From contig MGEI01000005.1 of assembly GCA_001791305.1 (NCBI GenBank), forward strand, positions 44,488 to 108,487: a stretch of 64,000 nucleotides of DNA, written 5' to 3'. The notes under the pieces are model-generated. The model searched no databases, was not told the origin of the DNA, and was given only the letters and a program-made list of their open reading frames with translations. This document shows positions 1 to 10,398 of the stretch, one piece after another. The position numbers were made by a program, and so were the translations under genes. Numbering within the stretch: the first letter of the stretch is position 1; every line of letters begins with the position of its first letter. The DNA is from Candidatus Uhrbacteria bacterium RIFCSPLOWO2_01_FULL_47_17 (lineage in GTDB: Bacteria > Patescibacteriota > Patescibacteriia > UBA9934 > GWF2-40-263).

Positions 1-3000
1 GAAGGTGACACTCACGTGTTTGCTTCCGAGTCCTTGGACATCACCAGAATCAAATCCATTCACGTTAAATTTGCCATCCGTTTTTTCTGAACAAGCACTT
101 CCAACACAGTTACCAATGGAAGTAATCACTGGCGGTTTGGAACCGTTTGCGGTTGCGCGCTGATCCCACAACCAGTCTGCAGGAGCTGGAGAAAGTTTTT
201 CATATTTTCCGTATGGTTTAGTAGGGTCTGCAGATACAATAACAACATCCTTAAATCCATCGTCAAAATTATGTATTGATAACGATCTCGCAAAAATCTG
301 TTGCAAGCGTGCTCGGGCATCTGCGGGATTAAATCCGCCGATGGTCGTCTTTCCTTCGATTGCTTCTTTATCCGTACAATAAGATCCAAACGTAAAGAAT
401 CCATCTTTCAAAACCAACGTGCTTCGACACACATTCACAACACAATCTGTATCCCCCATACACGCTTGGTTGTTTTTTGGTCCACCGTTACATGTTCCTG
501 CCTCTGCTTTACAGACTCCTTTTCCTATATCGCAATCCGTTTTTTGTTGTGCAGACATACACGTCTTTGTATCCTCTGTTCCTCCAACACACGTTGCTTT
601 CGTATTTTTACATGTTGGTGCAGAACCCTCACCTTTCGTATTACAGTCTGTTGCGCCCGTACTTACCTCACAAGAACAATCTGCGTTTTTACAATATGAG
701 GTTTGTCCCGTAACAGCGAACTGCGGCGGAAGCAGAGAGAATGATCCATATGCACGTGCTTCATTTGGTGTTGTTGGTGGTTTTCCATCGTCACATGTTC
801 CGTCTGCTTTTGGAAATTTATCCCCTCCAGCTCCACACATAAAAATTCGCATTGGATCTGGATCTTTATTTGCATTCTTTGCTCCAAGATCCAATGTTTG
901 TCCATAAATGACAAGTGGAGATGTGACTGTATATCCAAGATGGGAATCAACGGATCCATTAGCTTCTTGAATGGCGTACTTGTTATTTACATTCTGCCAA
1001 ACACGATCTGTCCAAGCTGCGTTATAAACACCACTTTGCAAACTCGTTGCACCAACTTGAGCGATCGTCTGACATGCCGCGTAAGATTTGGCGTTCAAAT
1101 TAAATCCGCGATAACTTTCTGAACCATCAGCACCGCTCCCTTTACTTGCCACACCGGATGGAGATTCTGTTCCCAAATAATTTGTGAGGCTTGCTGCATC
1201 TGTTACACCCTTTACCACACAGTCTGCATAAAACTTCTTTGCCGTCTCCCATTTTGTTGCATCAGAAAAATACAACTTAACGTTCAATGGAGCAGGTCGT
1301 GTGACTGAAGTTTTTGTAATCGCAGTGTAATTCGGCACAGGATTGAGATCTGATGGATCTTCTCCTGGAAATTTACATGCCTGTCCTTCAAGGTCACCGC
1401 TTGTATGGTAAGAAAGTCTTGGAACACAGAAATATGGATAATCATCATCCCCGCCCTGTGTGCAGTAACCACTAGGAGCGACATCACCACAAGGTCCCAT
1501 GAAGGCAACATAGCCTTTCGGACACCAAATGTTTTTATGTGGCTCGTCATCTTGAAAGGCGTCTAATGTTTCTGCATCATTACAATTTCCATCATTGGTT
1601 TCCGCACAAGCATAATCATTCTGTCCGGTTGAGCGAAGGTCATACGCGATTCCTGGTTGTGCACAATAATACGTGCTCTTTGCGATTTGATATCCCGCGC
1701 TTGTTTCTTTTCCATAAAGATCCGTCGCACCCGCAAGCTGATCAACAGGCAACCAAGTGAGACAGGCTTGGTCTTTTGCGGCTGTACTTCCATTCAATTG
1801 GATGGAAGAATCTTTTTCCAAGCAGTATCCCTGCCAACCAAACATGGTGTTTGCCGCAGTCAACAACTGACAGGTGCCTGGATTCTTATTATCTGCTGTT
1901 GCGCAATCCGCATCAGATTTACACACACTTCCATCACTCACTCCCCCTGTACAAATTCCATCAGGAACTTTTCCCGTATCAACAAGGGAAAGATCTGTTG
2001 GATAGTAGCGTGTCTCTCCACCCTTTGCATAAATAGCTTTTGTATAGCTGCATGTGTTTACACAATGATCGGAGATAACCCATTGCTTTGAATCCTCATC
2101 AACATACGGCGTACAAACTTTTGATGCGTCATACCCGGCAACAAACTGCGAAGGAACCGAACGTTGTGTGGCGAGTGATGCATTTGCACCAAGATCTAAG
2201 TAGTCAGCGGCGGCATTCACTTCTGCTTTTTTTGTCGGATCAAACTTAGGATATACCTTCCAAAGTTTCACCACCTTCTGCGGAAACGGCGAATCAATCT
2301 CTGGGTATCCGCGACAGGATTGTGCGTAATCCGCCAAATCTTTTGTGACCGGCTCTGGGAATCCGTCATTGTTTGCATCACGAATACCCGTCACGCAACG
2401 GTCGTTAAAGCAGTTTCCTGACGTCGTGGTTGCAATGGGAATACAGGCGTGTCCGGCATGTTCTTTACAATCGCTTGTTGCAGAACAGCTTCCAATTTTC
2501 GAGACACAAACTCCGCGGACGGTATTACAAAAAGGCGTGTCCATTCCTCCGTTCGCTTCGGTAAGAGCACAATCTGCATCTACCTGACACGAACAGTTCA
2601 AATCTGCATTTTTCTTACAAGGCTCTGATCCGTCAGGTAATGTTGTGATCGATACTGATCCATCAATCGAACAATATCCCTTCTGACAGGTTCCACTCTT
2701 ACAGTCGTTATCTACGGCACACGAACCACTTCCGTCTGTACACTTACCAACAATACAGGCAGAGCCATCTCCAGCCTTCTTTGAATCACAGGATCCTGCA
2801 TTAAAGACCAATCGGTAATCCGGTGAAGCTTCTACACAATCCCCGCCAAAGGCAACACAGCCTGATGAGTCGCTACAAGTTATCTTATTGTTATTTTCAC
2901 ACCACATCTTTGGATTCACATTGAACTGACTGAATTGCTCCACTGGCAACTGGTGTGGGATTTCGTATCCGGAAAAATCCGTTCCCGCCCAGCTGACATC

Positions 3001-6000
3001 ACGGGACGCATACAATTGTTCTGTCATGACAAGCGCCGGGCGTTCTGTCCAAGACTGACATTGTGCTTGGTCTCCTTGAGAACCAACTTGCGTACACAAA
3101 TTTACGGAATCGCAAATTTGAATGTATTTGTTTGCATTTGGATCCCACGTTGTACGCGCACTGTCACACGCAAGCCAAGCAGCGCACGTACGATCACGAT
3201 TCACTTTCAAAACCGTGTTCGCATCATCTGCAACTCGTTGCGTGACTTGCGCACACGCCGTTGCCTTCAGTTCATTTCCTAACTTTGTTTTCAACGTTGG
3301 ACAATCTGAAACCATAAGACAAGAACGCTCGTAGCCTGTCGTGACTGTGGCGCCTGGGACGGTCGTCAGTCCGGGGGACAACAAACTATCATTCAAGGCA
3401 ATCTTGTACTCACAGCGTCGCGCACACAAATCAACCGATGTTGCACTTCCGAGACCAATTTGTTGGGCAGCGTCTGCGCTGACCGTAAACACGCCTTGGT
3501 TTTGCTTACAACTAATTGGATCTACCAAACTATTTTGCGACTTGCTGAGCAGAAGATCTGCGTGAAGCGACAAAACGTAGCTTGCGCTTGAGCTGTATTT
3601 GAGTTGTGAAACGGTTGTGTTGTTGAATAACGCACATCCACCTTTTTGCCCAACTTTTCCTTCACACTTTTGCGAAGCACTCACCGTATTTTCAGACAAC
3701 TTATCATTATTGATCACAAAATACGACTTTCCTTTTCCGTGATTCTCTGAACTTGTATCCGTTGCATCTTGAAATTCTGTACAACGATTTGCTGCAGTTT
3801 CACACGCACCAATCCAACCGTCATATGCAGCGTCTCCATTTTTCCAAATCTGTGCTTGATCGCCAGCAACAAGGTAGGCGTTGTCAGAAGCTGGATCGAA
3901 CTTGCCGTTTGCGTTTTTGTCTGTCCAATAACATGGCTCAGATTTTCCGGAACGGAACCAGCCCTTAAACGTTTTTCCAGCAATGTTTACGGACGTTTTA
4001 TACTCACATGTTTTGTTGAGTGGATCCTTAAAGTAGAAGTTTCCATCTTTTGTAGAAGAAAACTCGTCACAGAACAATGCCTGGTTCTCACACAAAATAT
4101 TTTTGTAATCATCCGGAGTATCCATGACGTACTTCGAATCAAACTTGGTCACCGTCTTCAAGTCTTGAGCGTACGTTGGCGCACCGACTTCTTTACATCC
4201 TTTAAACTCAACAGAACATTGTGCACTGCCGTTATCTACCAAGTAGATGGATTGATCTTGTGGAGTGACGACCGTTTCTGGACCATAGACAATTCCAAAC
4301 TTCGCATCTGAAGGCAATGGATCTTGGAACACTTGTTTTGTTGAAAAGACACAATAATTTTGCCCAGAACTAATCGTACAGTACGTTGTTCCGTTCACGA
4401 TACACGCCACGTTTCCAACCGCTGCTTTTCCATTCGGAAGTGTGCCTACAGGAGTATTCGCAGGAACACCAGCCGCGCCCAAATTCACACAACGCGCGTT
4501 CGCCACCTGACCAGAGGCAGAATCCGAATTAAACGTATTGTAATACGCCGAACATCCAATCACGTTTTCGGAACAAATATTTGAGAACTGATAATAGCTT
4601 CCCTCAACACCTTTACGATCTGTATACGCTTTACATCCCAAATAATATTGCGGAGCGGCCGCACCGTCTGGAGATTGGTCACAAACCGCTGGAGTGACCC
4701 AAGAATCTTTGATGCGTGTAATGTGTTCTTCTGTTTCTGTGAGTCGGATGTTATCAATGAAGAACGTTTTTTGGGATTTTGTGGTGAAGAACAGCGTTGC
4801 GTCTTTGTTGAATGCCGCAAAACTGTTTGTGTCCATTGGACCCACGTTATACACGTCCCATGTGTTTGAAAGCGGCAAGTCTTGTACGAAATAATGCTTC
4901 GCGCCATTATTTGCATCTTGGAATCCGGCAGAAAGAGTTCCCGAGCCCTTTGCCCAGAACTGCATGATGTACACTTTTCCTTTCGCCAAGCTTGACGAAA
5001 GCGTTGCATTTGCCGTTCTCACACCTGTGTCGTCTCCGGACGCAAATACAGACAACGAGTGTCCTCCGGACGCAATGGAATCATTGCTTAATGATGGCGT
5101 GCTTGTGGTGGTTGCTGTGAAGGCCGCATAGGTTCCACCTTCAAATGTTTCATTCAAAATCGTCGCAGCATTACGCGCCGCTCCACCTGTATATTCACGA
5201 CAACCGTTCTCTGCCGCAGAACAAACTTTGGATTCTTTTTGTAATCCAAAGTATCGGCAGAAGCCTTGAGCCGTCCAGAATCCACCGGATGCCTTACAGT
5301 CGAGTGCCGTCGAAGTGTTTTTGCGATAAGCTGTACAAGCAGAATCAACCGTAACGGTTTTTGAGAAGAGGCGATAATGAACATCTCCCGTGCTATCAAA
5401 GAATTCTCGACAATCTGCGTTCGTAAAAATATCTGCGTGTGACTTACAGGTTGGCTCAACCGGAACCGGGTTCACATCCGCACACTTCACCGAACTTTCA
5501 CTTTCTACATTTGGCGTGATACATGGCGCAAGATTCACATTCGACTGTAACAATTGCCATGTCTTCAACTGAAAACCAGATGTATCCGAACCTTCCCACG
5601 TAAAATACGTAGCCGATGTCTTTTCTGGCGTTGCAATTGCCATCTCTCCCGTCAAACACGCACGCAAATTTGTGTAGTGCTCTTGTGTTTCCCCACCGTT
5701 TGTTCCGAGTTTTGTGAATCCATCACATCCAACCGCGTTCTTCGAACACACACCGGCTTTATCCGCAATAAAATACACGGGGAATTTAGCGGGTTCATAG
5801 CGCGTGCCTTCTTGTCGATACGCATCATATCCAACACAAACATTCGGACACGCGTCGAGCGCAGATGCGATCGCCGGAACCGCTGGACCGGATTCTTTTG
5901 GCGTATACAAATTACATCCAACATCTTGTGCGGAACAAACTTGCGTATACGCAGCACATTCTTTTGGATCTGATGCGAGGCCCTTGCATCCGAGGTACGC

Positions 6001-8703
6001 CGGCGGAAGTTTCAGATAAGCTTTTTGCGGGGTTGTTACGTTATAACCATCCCCAAACGTCGACGCGACTTCGCCGGATTCAAGTTGAACCGCATCGAAA
6101 CGAACATTCGGACTGTTTGTGCTTCCGATTAAACGAACCCTAACCAAATTCACGTTCTGTGGAGCTGTAAATGTGCAGGTGAAACGTTTCCAATTGCCTA
6201 TCGTGGCATTCGCGGAAATGGTATATCCTGAGACGAATTGTTGACCAACTGTATCTTTTATACAGTCTCCACCCGAAGAAAGTCCTGTAATGTTTATCGC
6301 AGCACCTGTTATATCGAAAGGCTGAAGAACAACCTGAAAATCAGATCCTATATTATCAGTCGCTGTTGTATATGTACTAAATGTAAAAAAACTCTTTGGT
6401 GTGATTAAAATAGATTGATTGATTTCTCCATCTAATTTTGCACTTTTTGATCCATCCACAGCTGTAACAGAATCTACATTCGGATTTGAAACTGCTAAAT
6501 GGGACCATAAATCTGGTTTTCCATTTTGATCTTCATCTTTTTCAAAACTTCCGTTTTGTACCAAGTTCAACGCGAGTTTACTGTCTTTCACATTCAACTC
6601 CGTACAACCCGCCTGCTCTTGATCACATTTCTTTGCGCTGTGCGTCAAATACAAACGGTCTTGGTAAGCATAATCCGTTTGTTTTGTTTTTTGAATGTTT
6701 GGGACAAAGGGTGTGGATCCTGCATATTTCATGGAAGAATTTTGTACTCCAACATCAAACGGAATCGTTCCGTTGTACCATTGAAACACGCCTTTTGCGT
6801 CCGCGGATTTTTGTGTTTTGCTCCAAGAACATCCTGCATTTTGCTTTGTGCAATTTGCGTTATCAACTGTATTCAACAAAAATGAATTTGCTTTTCCTGT
6901 TTTTGTATTTTGCAACATGAGACAGGTTGCATATTGCGCAGGACATTCGTCACCCTTTACACGCCAAATATTTTTTTCTTCCACACAGTAACCGAATCCT
7001 TGCGTACATTTTCCTGTGTTGTCTTCTCCAATACACGTTGGCGTATCCGCACAGACGTTTTGTCGTCCCGGCGCCTGCGCACTCACGCGAATTTCTCCAT
7101 TCACCGATGCACGACATTGCGTTTCTGGTGCTTTCAGTACCCAGTTTGGATCAATCAAGTGGTACCACAGTGATTTCGGATCATAAAACCCAGCCACAAT
7201 ATCCGACAAAGACGTTGGATTGCTGAGCGAATTTTTATCCGCCGCAAGCTCCCAACCAATCGAAATAATGCGCGCTTTGCGAAGCTTCACCAAGTTTCCA
7301 TAACAAAAACCGTAGGTATAACAAAGACGATCCTGGTTTGCCGCAATATTTTTTGAAGAAATGAGAGGCCAATCGCCTTTCAGCACTTTTTGGTCAATCG
7401 CTTCTTGCACCGTAAGCGCTGCCGCACTGCCTCCGCGACTAATCGCAGACACAACACTCGCATCGATCACACAGGAATTTAATCCTCTGTTTCCCGTTCC
7501 TTCCGGTAAACATTGGGTAAACTCTCCCAATAAATCGAATTGTAAGTTTGCAACGGGTGTTGCGGTAAAAATTCCACCTAAGTCCGCTTTATTTGCGTCC
7601 GTGTTTCCACCCGATCCAACCGCGAGCTCAGCATTAAACGGATCGAAGTTGTCAGGTTTTGGAGAAAACAACCCTTTATAGACGCGATTGAACAGTTGGG
7701 ATGTGAGGGTGTTCGTAAACGTAGAAACAGACATGTTCAAAAGCCCGTACCAAACATCCGGGTTTGCAATAATATCTGCTGTTTTCACTTTATTTTCATC
7801 ATTGTCTGCCGCTTTCAACTTTTTATCAAAATCTTTTGCAACGATGGCGGCCGGCGTTTTTGTTTCTCCGGTCACAAGATCTTTCACATCTGTAAAACCA
7901 CCAATCGATTTACTTGCATTTTGCTCCACAACTTTTTGATCAGCTATTTTTGCGGACTTCTCATAGGTATGGCTCAGAAACCCAATGGACGCACCGAGTT
8001 GGTTGCTTCCTGGACGCAAGCCTTCCGAAAGTTTGTTGAACAGAAATTTTTCCGCCGCGTCTTTGTCATTCGTAAGAAGTGCTTTTGTATCCGAGACAAT
8101 TTGACCCCACGCCCCATTCACTTGATCAAAATCACAACGTGGTTTTGTTGGAGTGTAGTTTTGTTTAATACTCAACTGAAGATTTAAACGAATCATTGGA
8201 TTTGGCGGAACACACAAATCTAACCCAAAACTGGATTTTGAAATATCGCTCAAATTCGCATACGCCTGTCCTCCAATATCTTTTCCGAAACTTTTCCATG
8301 CTTCTGTTGCGCTCTTTCTATAAAACATGGATCCTTCCCCGGGACCGCCGTTTGCCACGTACACAGCCGCTTCATAGGCAATTCGGTTACTTGCATACGA
8401 CACAAAATCCACAAGCGCTTTTATCGCAACCATTTTGAGTGCTGGGGTGATTAACCCATCCCACATCGCACTAATAGCGCCAGAAATACCACCCCCCGGA
8501 CAAACAGAGGGAGTTGCACCTGTGGTTAAACAAGCTGTTTTCGAGGCTTCAGCGGCAACCTTCGTTGGTGCCGTTACAGGGTTGTCCGCAGCAAATACGG
8601 GTGACGGCGCTGACAAAGCAAGTCCGCTCGAAACAATCCCGATCAAAAAAACAAAGACAAGCCCACGGCCGATCCATTGTCGTTTTTTCTTGAAAGGTTG
8701 CAA
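1..8703 (-). CDS. Giant secreted cysteine-rich surface protein (>2,900 aa); partial, C-terminus lies beyond the window start
   Basis: Continuous minus-strand reading frame from ATG at 8703-8701 down to position 1 with no stop. It is absent from the ORF track only because no stop codon lies in the window. Spot translations at 8703-8500, 4561-4620 and 480-700 give clean protein sequence in a single frame. The N-terminus has a basic stretch followed by a hydrophobic segment, consistent with a signal peptide, and Cys-rich motifs recur throughout. Confidence 0.75.
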   Translation of the reverse strand, partial: MQPFKKKRQWIGRGLVFVFLIGIVSSGLALSAPSPVFAADNPVTAPTKVAAEASKTACLTTGATPSVCPGGGISGAISAMWDGLITPALKMVAIKALVDFVSYASNRIAYEAAVYVANGGPGEGSMFYRKSATEAWKSFGKDIGGQAYANLSDISKSSFGLDLCVPPNPMIRLNLQLSIKQNYTPTKPRCDFDQVNGAWGQIVSDTKALLTNDKDAAEKFLFNKLSEGLRPGSNQLGASIGFLSHTYEKSAKIADQKVVEQNASKSIGGFTDVKDLVTGETKTPAAIVAKDFDKKLKAADNDENKVKTADIIANPDVWYGLLNMSVSTFTNTLTSQLFNRVYKGLFSPKPDNFDPFNAELAVGSGGNTDANKADLGGIFTATPVANLQFDLLGEFTQCLPEGTGNRGLNSCVIDASVVSAISRGGSAAALTVQEAIDQKVLKGDWPLISSKNIAANQDRLCYTYGFCYGNLVKLRKARIISIGWELAADKNSLSNPTSLSDIVAGFYDPKSLWYHLIDPNWVLKAPETQCRASVNGEIRVSAQAPGRQNVCADTPTCIGEDNTGKCTQGFGYCVEEKNIWRVKGDECPAQYATCLMLQNTKTGKANSFLLNTVDNANCTKQNAGCSWSKTQKSADAKGVFQWYNGTIPFDVGVQNSSMKYAGSTPFVPNIQKTKQTDYAYQDRLYLTHSAKKCDQEQAGCTELNVKDSKLALNLVQNGSFEKDEDQNGKPDLWSHLAVSNPNVDSVTAVDGSKSAKLDGEINQSILITPKSFFTFSTYTTATDNIGSDFQVVLQPFDITGAAINITGLSSGGDCIKDTVGQQFVSGYTISANATIGNWKRFTCTFTAPQNVNLVRVRLIGSTNSPNVRFDAVQLESGEVASTFGDGYNVTTPQKAYLKLPPAYLGCKGLASDPKECAAYTQVCSAQDVGCNLYTPKESGPAVPAIASALDACPNVCVGYDAYRQEGTRYEPAKFPVYFIADKAGVCSKNAVGCDGFTKLGTNGGETQEHYTNLRACLTGEMAIATPEKTSATYFTWEGSDTSGFQLKTWQLLQSNVNLAPCITPNVESESSVKCADVNPVPVEPTCKSHADIFTNADCREFFDSTGDVHYRLFSKTVTVDSACTAYRKNTSTALDCKASGGFWTAQGFCRYFGLQKESKVCSAAENGCREYTGGAARNAATILNETFEGGTYAAFTATTTSTPSLSNDSIASGGHSLSVFASGDDTGVRTANATLSSSLAKGKVYIMQFWAKGSGTLSAGFQDANNGAKHYFVQDLPLSNTWDVYNVGPMDTNSFAAFNKDATLFFTTKSQKTFFIDNIRLTETEEHITRIKDSWVTPAVCDQSPDGAAAPQYYLGCKAYTDRKGVEGSYYQFSNICSENVIGCSAYYNTFNSDSASGQVANARCVNLGAAGVPANTPVGTLPNGKAAVGNVACIVNGTTYCTISSGQNYCVFSTKQVFQDPLPSDAKFGIVYGPETVVTPQDQSIYLVDNGSAQCSVEFKGCKEVGAPTYAQDLKTVTKFDSKYVMDTPDDYKNILCENQALFCDEFSSTKDGNFYFKDPLNKTCEYKTSVNIAGKTFKGWFRSGKSEPCYWTDKNANGKFDPASDNAYLVAGDQAQIWKNGDAAYDGWIGACETAANRCTEFQDATDTSSENHGKGKSYFVINNDKLSENTVSASQKCEGKVGQKGGCALFNNTTVSQLKYSSSASYVLSLHADLLLSKSQNSLVDPISCKQNQGVFTVSADAAQQIGLGSATSVDLCARRCEYKIALNDSLLSPGLTTVPGATVTTGYERSCLMVSDCPTLKTKLGNELKATACAQVTQRVADDANTVLKVNRDRTCAAWLACDSARTTWDPNANKYIQICDSVNLCTQVGSQGDQAQCQSWTERPALVMTEQLYASRDVSWAGTDFSGYEIPHQLPVEQFSQFNVNPKMWCENNNKITCSDSSGCVAFGGDCVEASPDYRLVFNAGSCDSKKAGDGSACIVGKCTDGSGSCAVDNDCKSGTCQKGYCSIDGSVSITTLPDGSEPCKKNADLNCSCQVDADCALTEANGGMDTPFCNTVRGVCVSKIGSCSATSDCKEHAGHACIPIATTTSGNCFNDRCVTGIRDANNDGFPEPVTKDLADYAQSCRGYPEIDSPFPQKVVKLWKVYPKFDPTKKAEVNAAADYLDLGANASLATQRSVPSQFVAGYDASKVCTPYVDEDSKQWVISDHCVNTCSYTKAIYAKGGETRYYPTDLSLVDTGKVPDGICTGGVSDGSVCKSDADCATADNKNPGTCQLLTAANTMFGWQGYCLEKDSSIQLNGSTAAKDQACLTWLPVDQLAGATDLYGKETSAGYQIAKSTYYCAQPGIAYDLRSTGQNDYACAETNDGNCNDAETLDAFQDDEPHKNIWCPKGYVAFMGPCGDVAPSGYCTQGGDDDYPYFCVPRLSYHTSGDLEGQACKFPGEDPSDLNPVPNYTAITKTSVTRPAPLNVKLYFSDATKWETAKKFYADCVVKGVTDAASLTNYLGTESPSGVASKGSGADGSESYRGFNLNAKSYAACQTIAQVGATSLQSGVYNAAWTDRVWQNVNNKYAIQEANGSVDSHLGYTVTSPLVIYGQTLDLGAKNANKDPDPMRIFMCGAGGDKFPKADGTCDDGKPPTTPNEARAYGSFSLLPPQFAVTGQTSYCKNADCSCEVSTGATDCNTKGEGSAPTCKNTKATCVGGTEDTKTCMSAQQKTDCDIGKGVCKAEAGTCNGGPKNNQACMGDTDCVVNVCRSTLVLKDGFFTFGSYCTDKEAIEGKTTIGGFNPADARARLQQIFARSLSIHNFDDGFKDVVIVSADPTKPYGKYEKLSPAPADWLWDQRATANGSKPPVITSIGNCVGSACSEKTDGKFNVNGFDSGDVQGLGSKHVSVTF

Positions 8704-8712
8704 CATACGTTT

Positions 8713-9438
8713 CTATGGCTTGGAAGTTTCCGTTGTTGCGCTTGCGGAACCAGACGCACCACCGGTTGTTAACGAATCAAATTTTCCTTCGGCAGAGGCT
8801 TGACCGATCGCTTGTTCAAAGAGTTTCTGCAAGTCTTCATCGGAAATTTTATCCACCTCTTCTTTTTTCACGCCAGATTGAATGAGGGCGGCACGAATTT
8901 CTGTAGCAGTTGCAGCTTTAAAAAACTTTTGGACATCTTCTTTATTTTGAAATTTGAGTTGACCGGATTGTAAAATCGCTTCATTTCCAGGTGTTGAACC
9001 CAAGAAATCTTGGGGAGATGTTGAATCAACGTTTGCCGTCTCTCCCAAAGAGACACAATTCTTTCCAACAGGACAATTTGGATCTGTTCCGGCAAAGACT
9101 TCTGTTTTGTCATCAGTCGCGTCAGAATCTGAGTCTCTCAGATACGGACTTGTTTTATACACGTACAACTCATCATAATCTGAGAGTCCGTCTATGTCTG
9201 TATCTTTCTTTTTTTGTTCTTCAATTTCTTTTGAATCTTTTGCGTTTGGGTTCACTACATCCTCACCCGTGTAATACTTTGCGAATTGTTGTTGAATAGG
9301 GCGGTAAAGATGAGAACCAAATGATCGAAACCCAAAAATAATTCCCCCAAACCCCAAAAAAACTAAAAGAGCAAAAGCAATTTTTTGCTCCGCTTGTAAT
9401 GCCGACGGTGGACGATTTTGAATTCTCCGTGTGGCCAT
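8713..9438 (-). CDS. Hypothetical membrane-anchored acidic protein
   Basis: ORF 8713..9549 trimmed to the first plausible ATG at 9438. The more 5' in-frame residues are a translation of a G-rich palindrome. One N-terminal TM helix (IAFALLVFLGFGGIIFGF) is followed by an acidic low-complexity region. Its TAG stop at 8712-8710 is 6 nt from, and in frame with, the giant ORF's ATG. Confidence 0.55.
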   Translation of the reverse strand: MATRRIQNRPPSALQAEQKIAFALLVFLGFGGIIFGFRSFGSHLYRPIQQQFAKYYTGEDVVNPNAKDSKEIEEQKKKDTDIDGLSDYDELYVYKTSPYLRDSDSDATDDKTEVFAGTDPNCPVGKNCVSLGETANVDSTSPQDFLGSTPGNEAILQSGQLKFQNKEDVQKFFKAATATEIRAALIQSGVKKEEVDKISDEDLQKLFEQAIGQASAEGKFDSLTTGGASGSASATTETSKP

Positions 9439-9510
9439 AAGTTGTGAGGATATTATAGCAGGAGACGCGTGTCGCTGGTAGCGAGTCGTTGGGGACAAAC
9501 ACGCGTTCGT

Positions 9511-9540
9511 AGGGGAGGGTCGCGACCCTCCCCTACGACA
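9511..9540. repeat. G-rich perfect palindrome (REP-like hairpin), copy 1
   Basis: cgtaggggagggtcgcgaccctcccctacg, a perfect 14-bp stem. A second related copy lies at 10363..10393. Confidence 0.6.
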
Positions 9541-9542
9541 CA

Positions 9543-9570
9543 AAAACAAAACAGGAAATTCATTCCTGTT
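9543..9570 (-). terminator. Intrinsic terminator downstream of rsmA
   Basis: Hairpin aacagga/tcctgtt followed by a T-tract on the minus strand, immediately after the rsmA stop. Confidence 0.55.
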
Positions 9571-10359
9571 TTATGTGTTCATCATTTGTTCCAACTTCGT
9601 CCATTGTTCAATGGTGAGATTCTCTGCACGCACTCGGGGATCAAGCTCAAGCGCAATGAAATACGATTTCACATCATCACTCGTAGCTTCAGGCTTTCGT
9701 ACGCGTAAATAAGGCAAAAGATTATGATGTAACTGCTTCCTACGCGACACAAACCCCATTTTTGCAAGCGCAATAATGCGCTCGGCAGATGGATCAGAAT
9801 TCTGTTTCAAGTCGAACTGCACAACAGCAGAATCCACCTTTGGAATAGGCCGAAACGAACCCGCCTTCACATTTACCACCCTTGAACAATCCGCATAAAG
9901 TCGGCAGACAACCGACAACAGACTCATCTGCGGAGGTTTCGCCACGATCCGATCCGCCACCTCACGCTGAACCATAAGAATCATCCGGGTTGGTCTAGGT
10001 GATTGCGTTAGAAATTTCTCAATAATAGGTGAAGTGATGTTGTATGGGATATTCGCGATCAGTTTGAAATTGCGATCCTCGACGGGCAGTTTCTCGAGAC
10101 GAAGAATATCTCCTTCAATAAGCTCAATCTTGTCACCAAAGTGCTTTACGAGCGGTTCGATCAAGTCATGATCAAGCTCGACGGCAACGACGCGTGCTTT
10201 CGAGCCAACAAGTGCCTGCGTGAGAAGTCCTGTTCCGGGACCAATTTCGAGGACACTCTCCCCTTTCTTCAAATCTGCGGCAAACAAAATCTTATCGACC
10301 ACAGATTGGTCGATCAAAAAATTCTGTCCGTAGGATTTTTTTGCGCGTGGCAATCCCAT
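9571..10359 (-). CDS. rsmA: 16S rRNA (adenine1518/1519-N6)-dimethyltransferase RsmA/KsgA
   Basis: SYGQNFL motif and SAM-methyltransferase fold motifs (LEIGPGTGLLT). The start was moved to the ATG at 10359 (MGLPRAKKSYGQNFL) because the track's longer start overlaps the palindrome. Confidence 0.9.
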   Translation of the reverse strand: MGLPRAKKSYGQNFLIDQSVVDKILFAADLKKGESVLEIGPGTGLLTQALVGSKARVVAVELDHDLIEPLVKHFGDKIELIEGDILRLEKLPVEDRNFKLIANIPYNITSPIIEKFLTQSPRPTRMILMVQREVADRIVAKPPQMSLLSVVCRLYADCSRVVNVKAGSFRPIPKVDSAVVQFDLKQNSDPSAERIIALAKMGFVSRRKQLHHNLLPYLRVRKPEATSDDVKSYFIALELDPRVRAENLTIEQWTKLEQMMNT

Positions 10360-10362
10360 ATC

Positions 10363-10393
10363 GCATTCGTAGGGGCGGGGCATGACCCGCCCC
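10363..10393. repeat. G-rich palindrome (REP-like hairpin), copy 2
   Basis: gtaggggcggg-gcatgac-ccgcccctac. It shares the GTAGGGG...CCCCTAC ends with copy 1 and sits in the 39-nt gap between the epimerase and rsmA. Confidence 0.6.
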
Positions 10394-10398
10394 TACAT

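Noticed and set aside
1-8703. Possibility that the lack of long ORFs in the track for 1-8.7 kb reflects an alternative genetic code (for example UGA recoding) or noncoding DNA
   Set aside because: Direct translation of the minus strand gives one continuous standard-code frame. The ORF is missing from the track only because it has no stop inside the window. Other genes such as groEL and valS are intact under the standard code.
8703-8713. Stop-codon readthrough fusing the 8713..9438 product to the giant protein (in-frame TAG, 6-nt gap)
   Set aside because: Each gene has its own targeting signal, and the giant ORF has its own ATG with an N-terminal signal peptide. Ordinary tight gene spacing is the simpler explanation.
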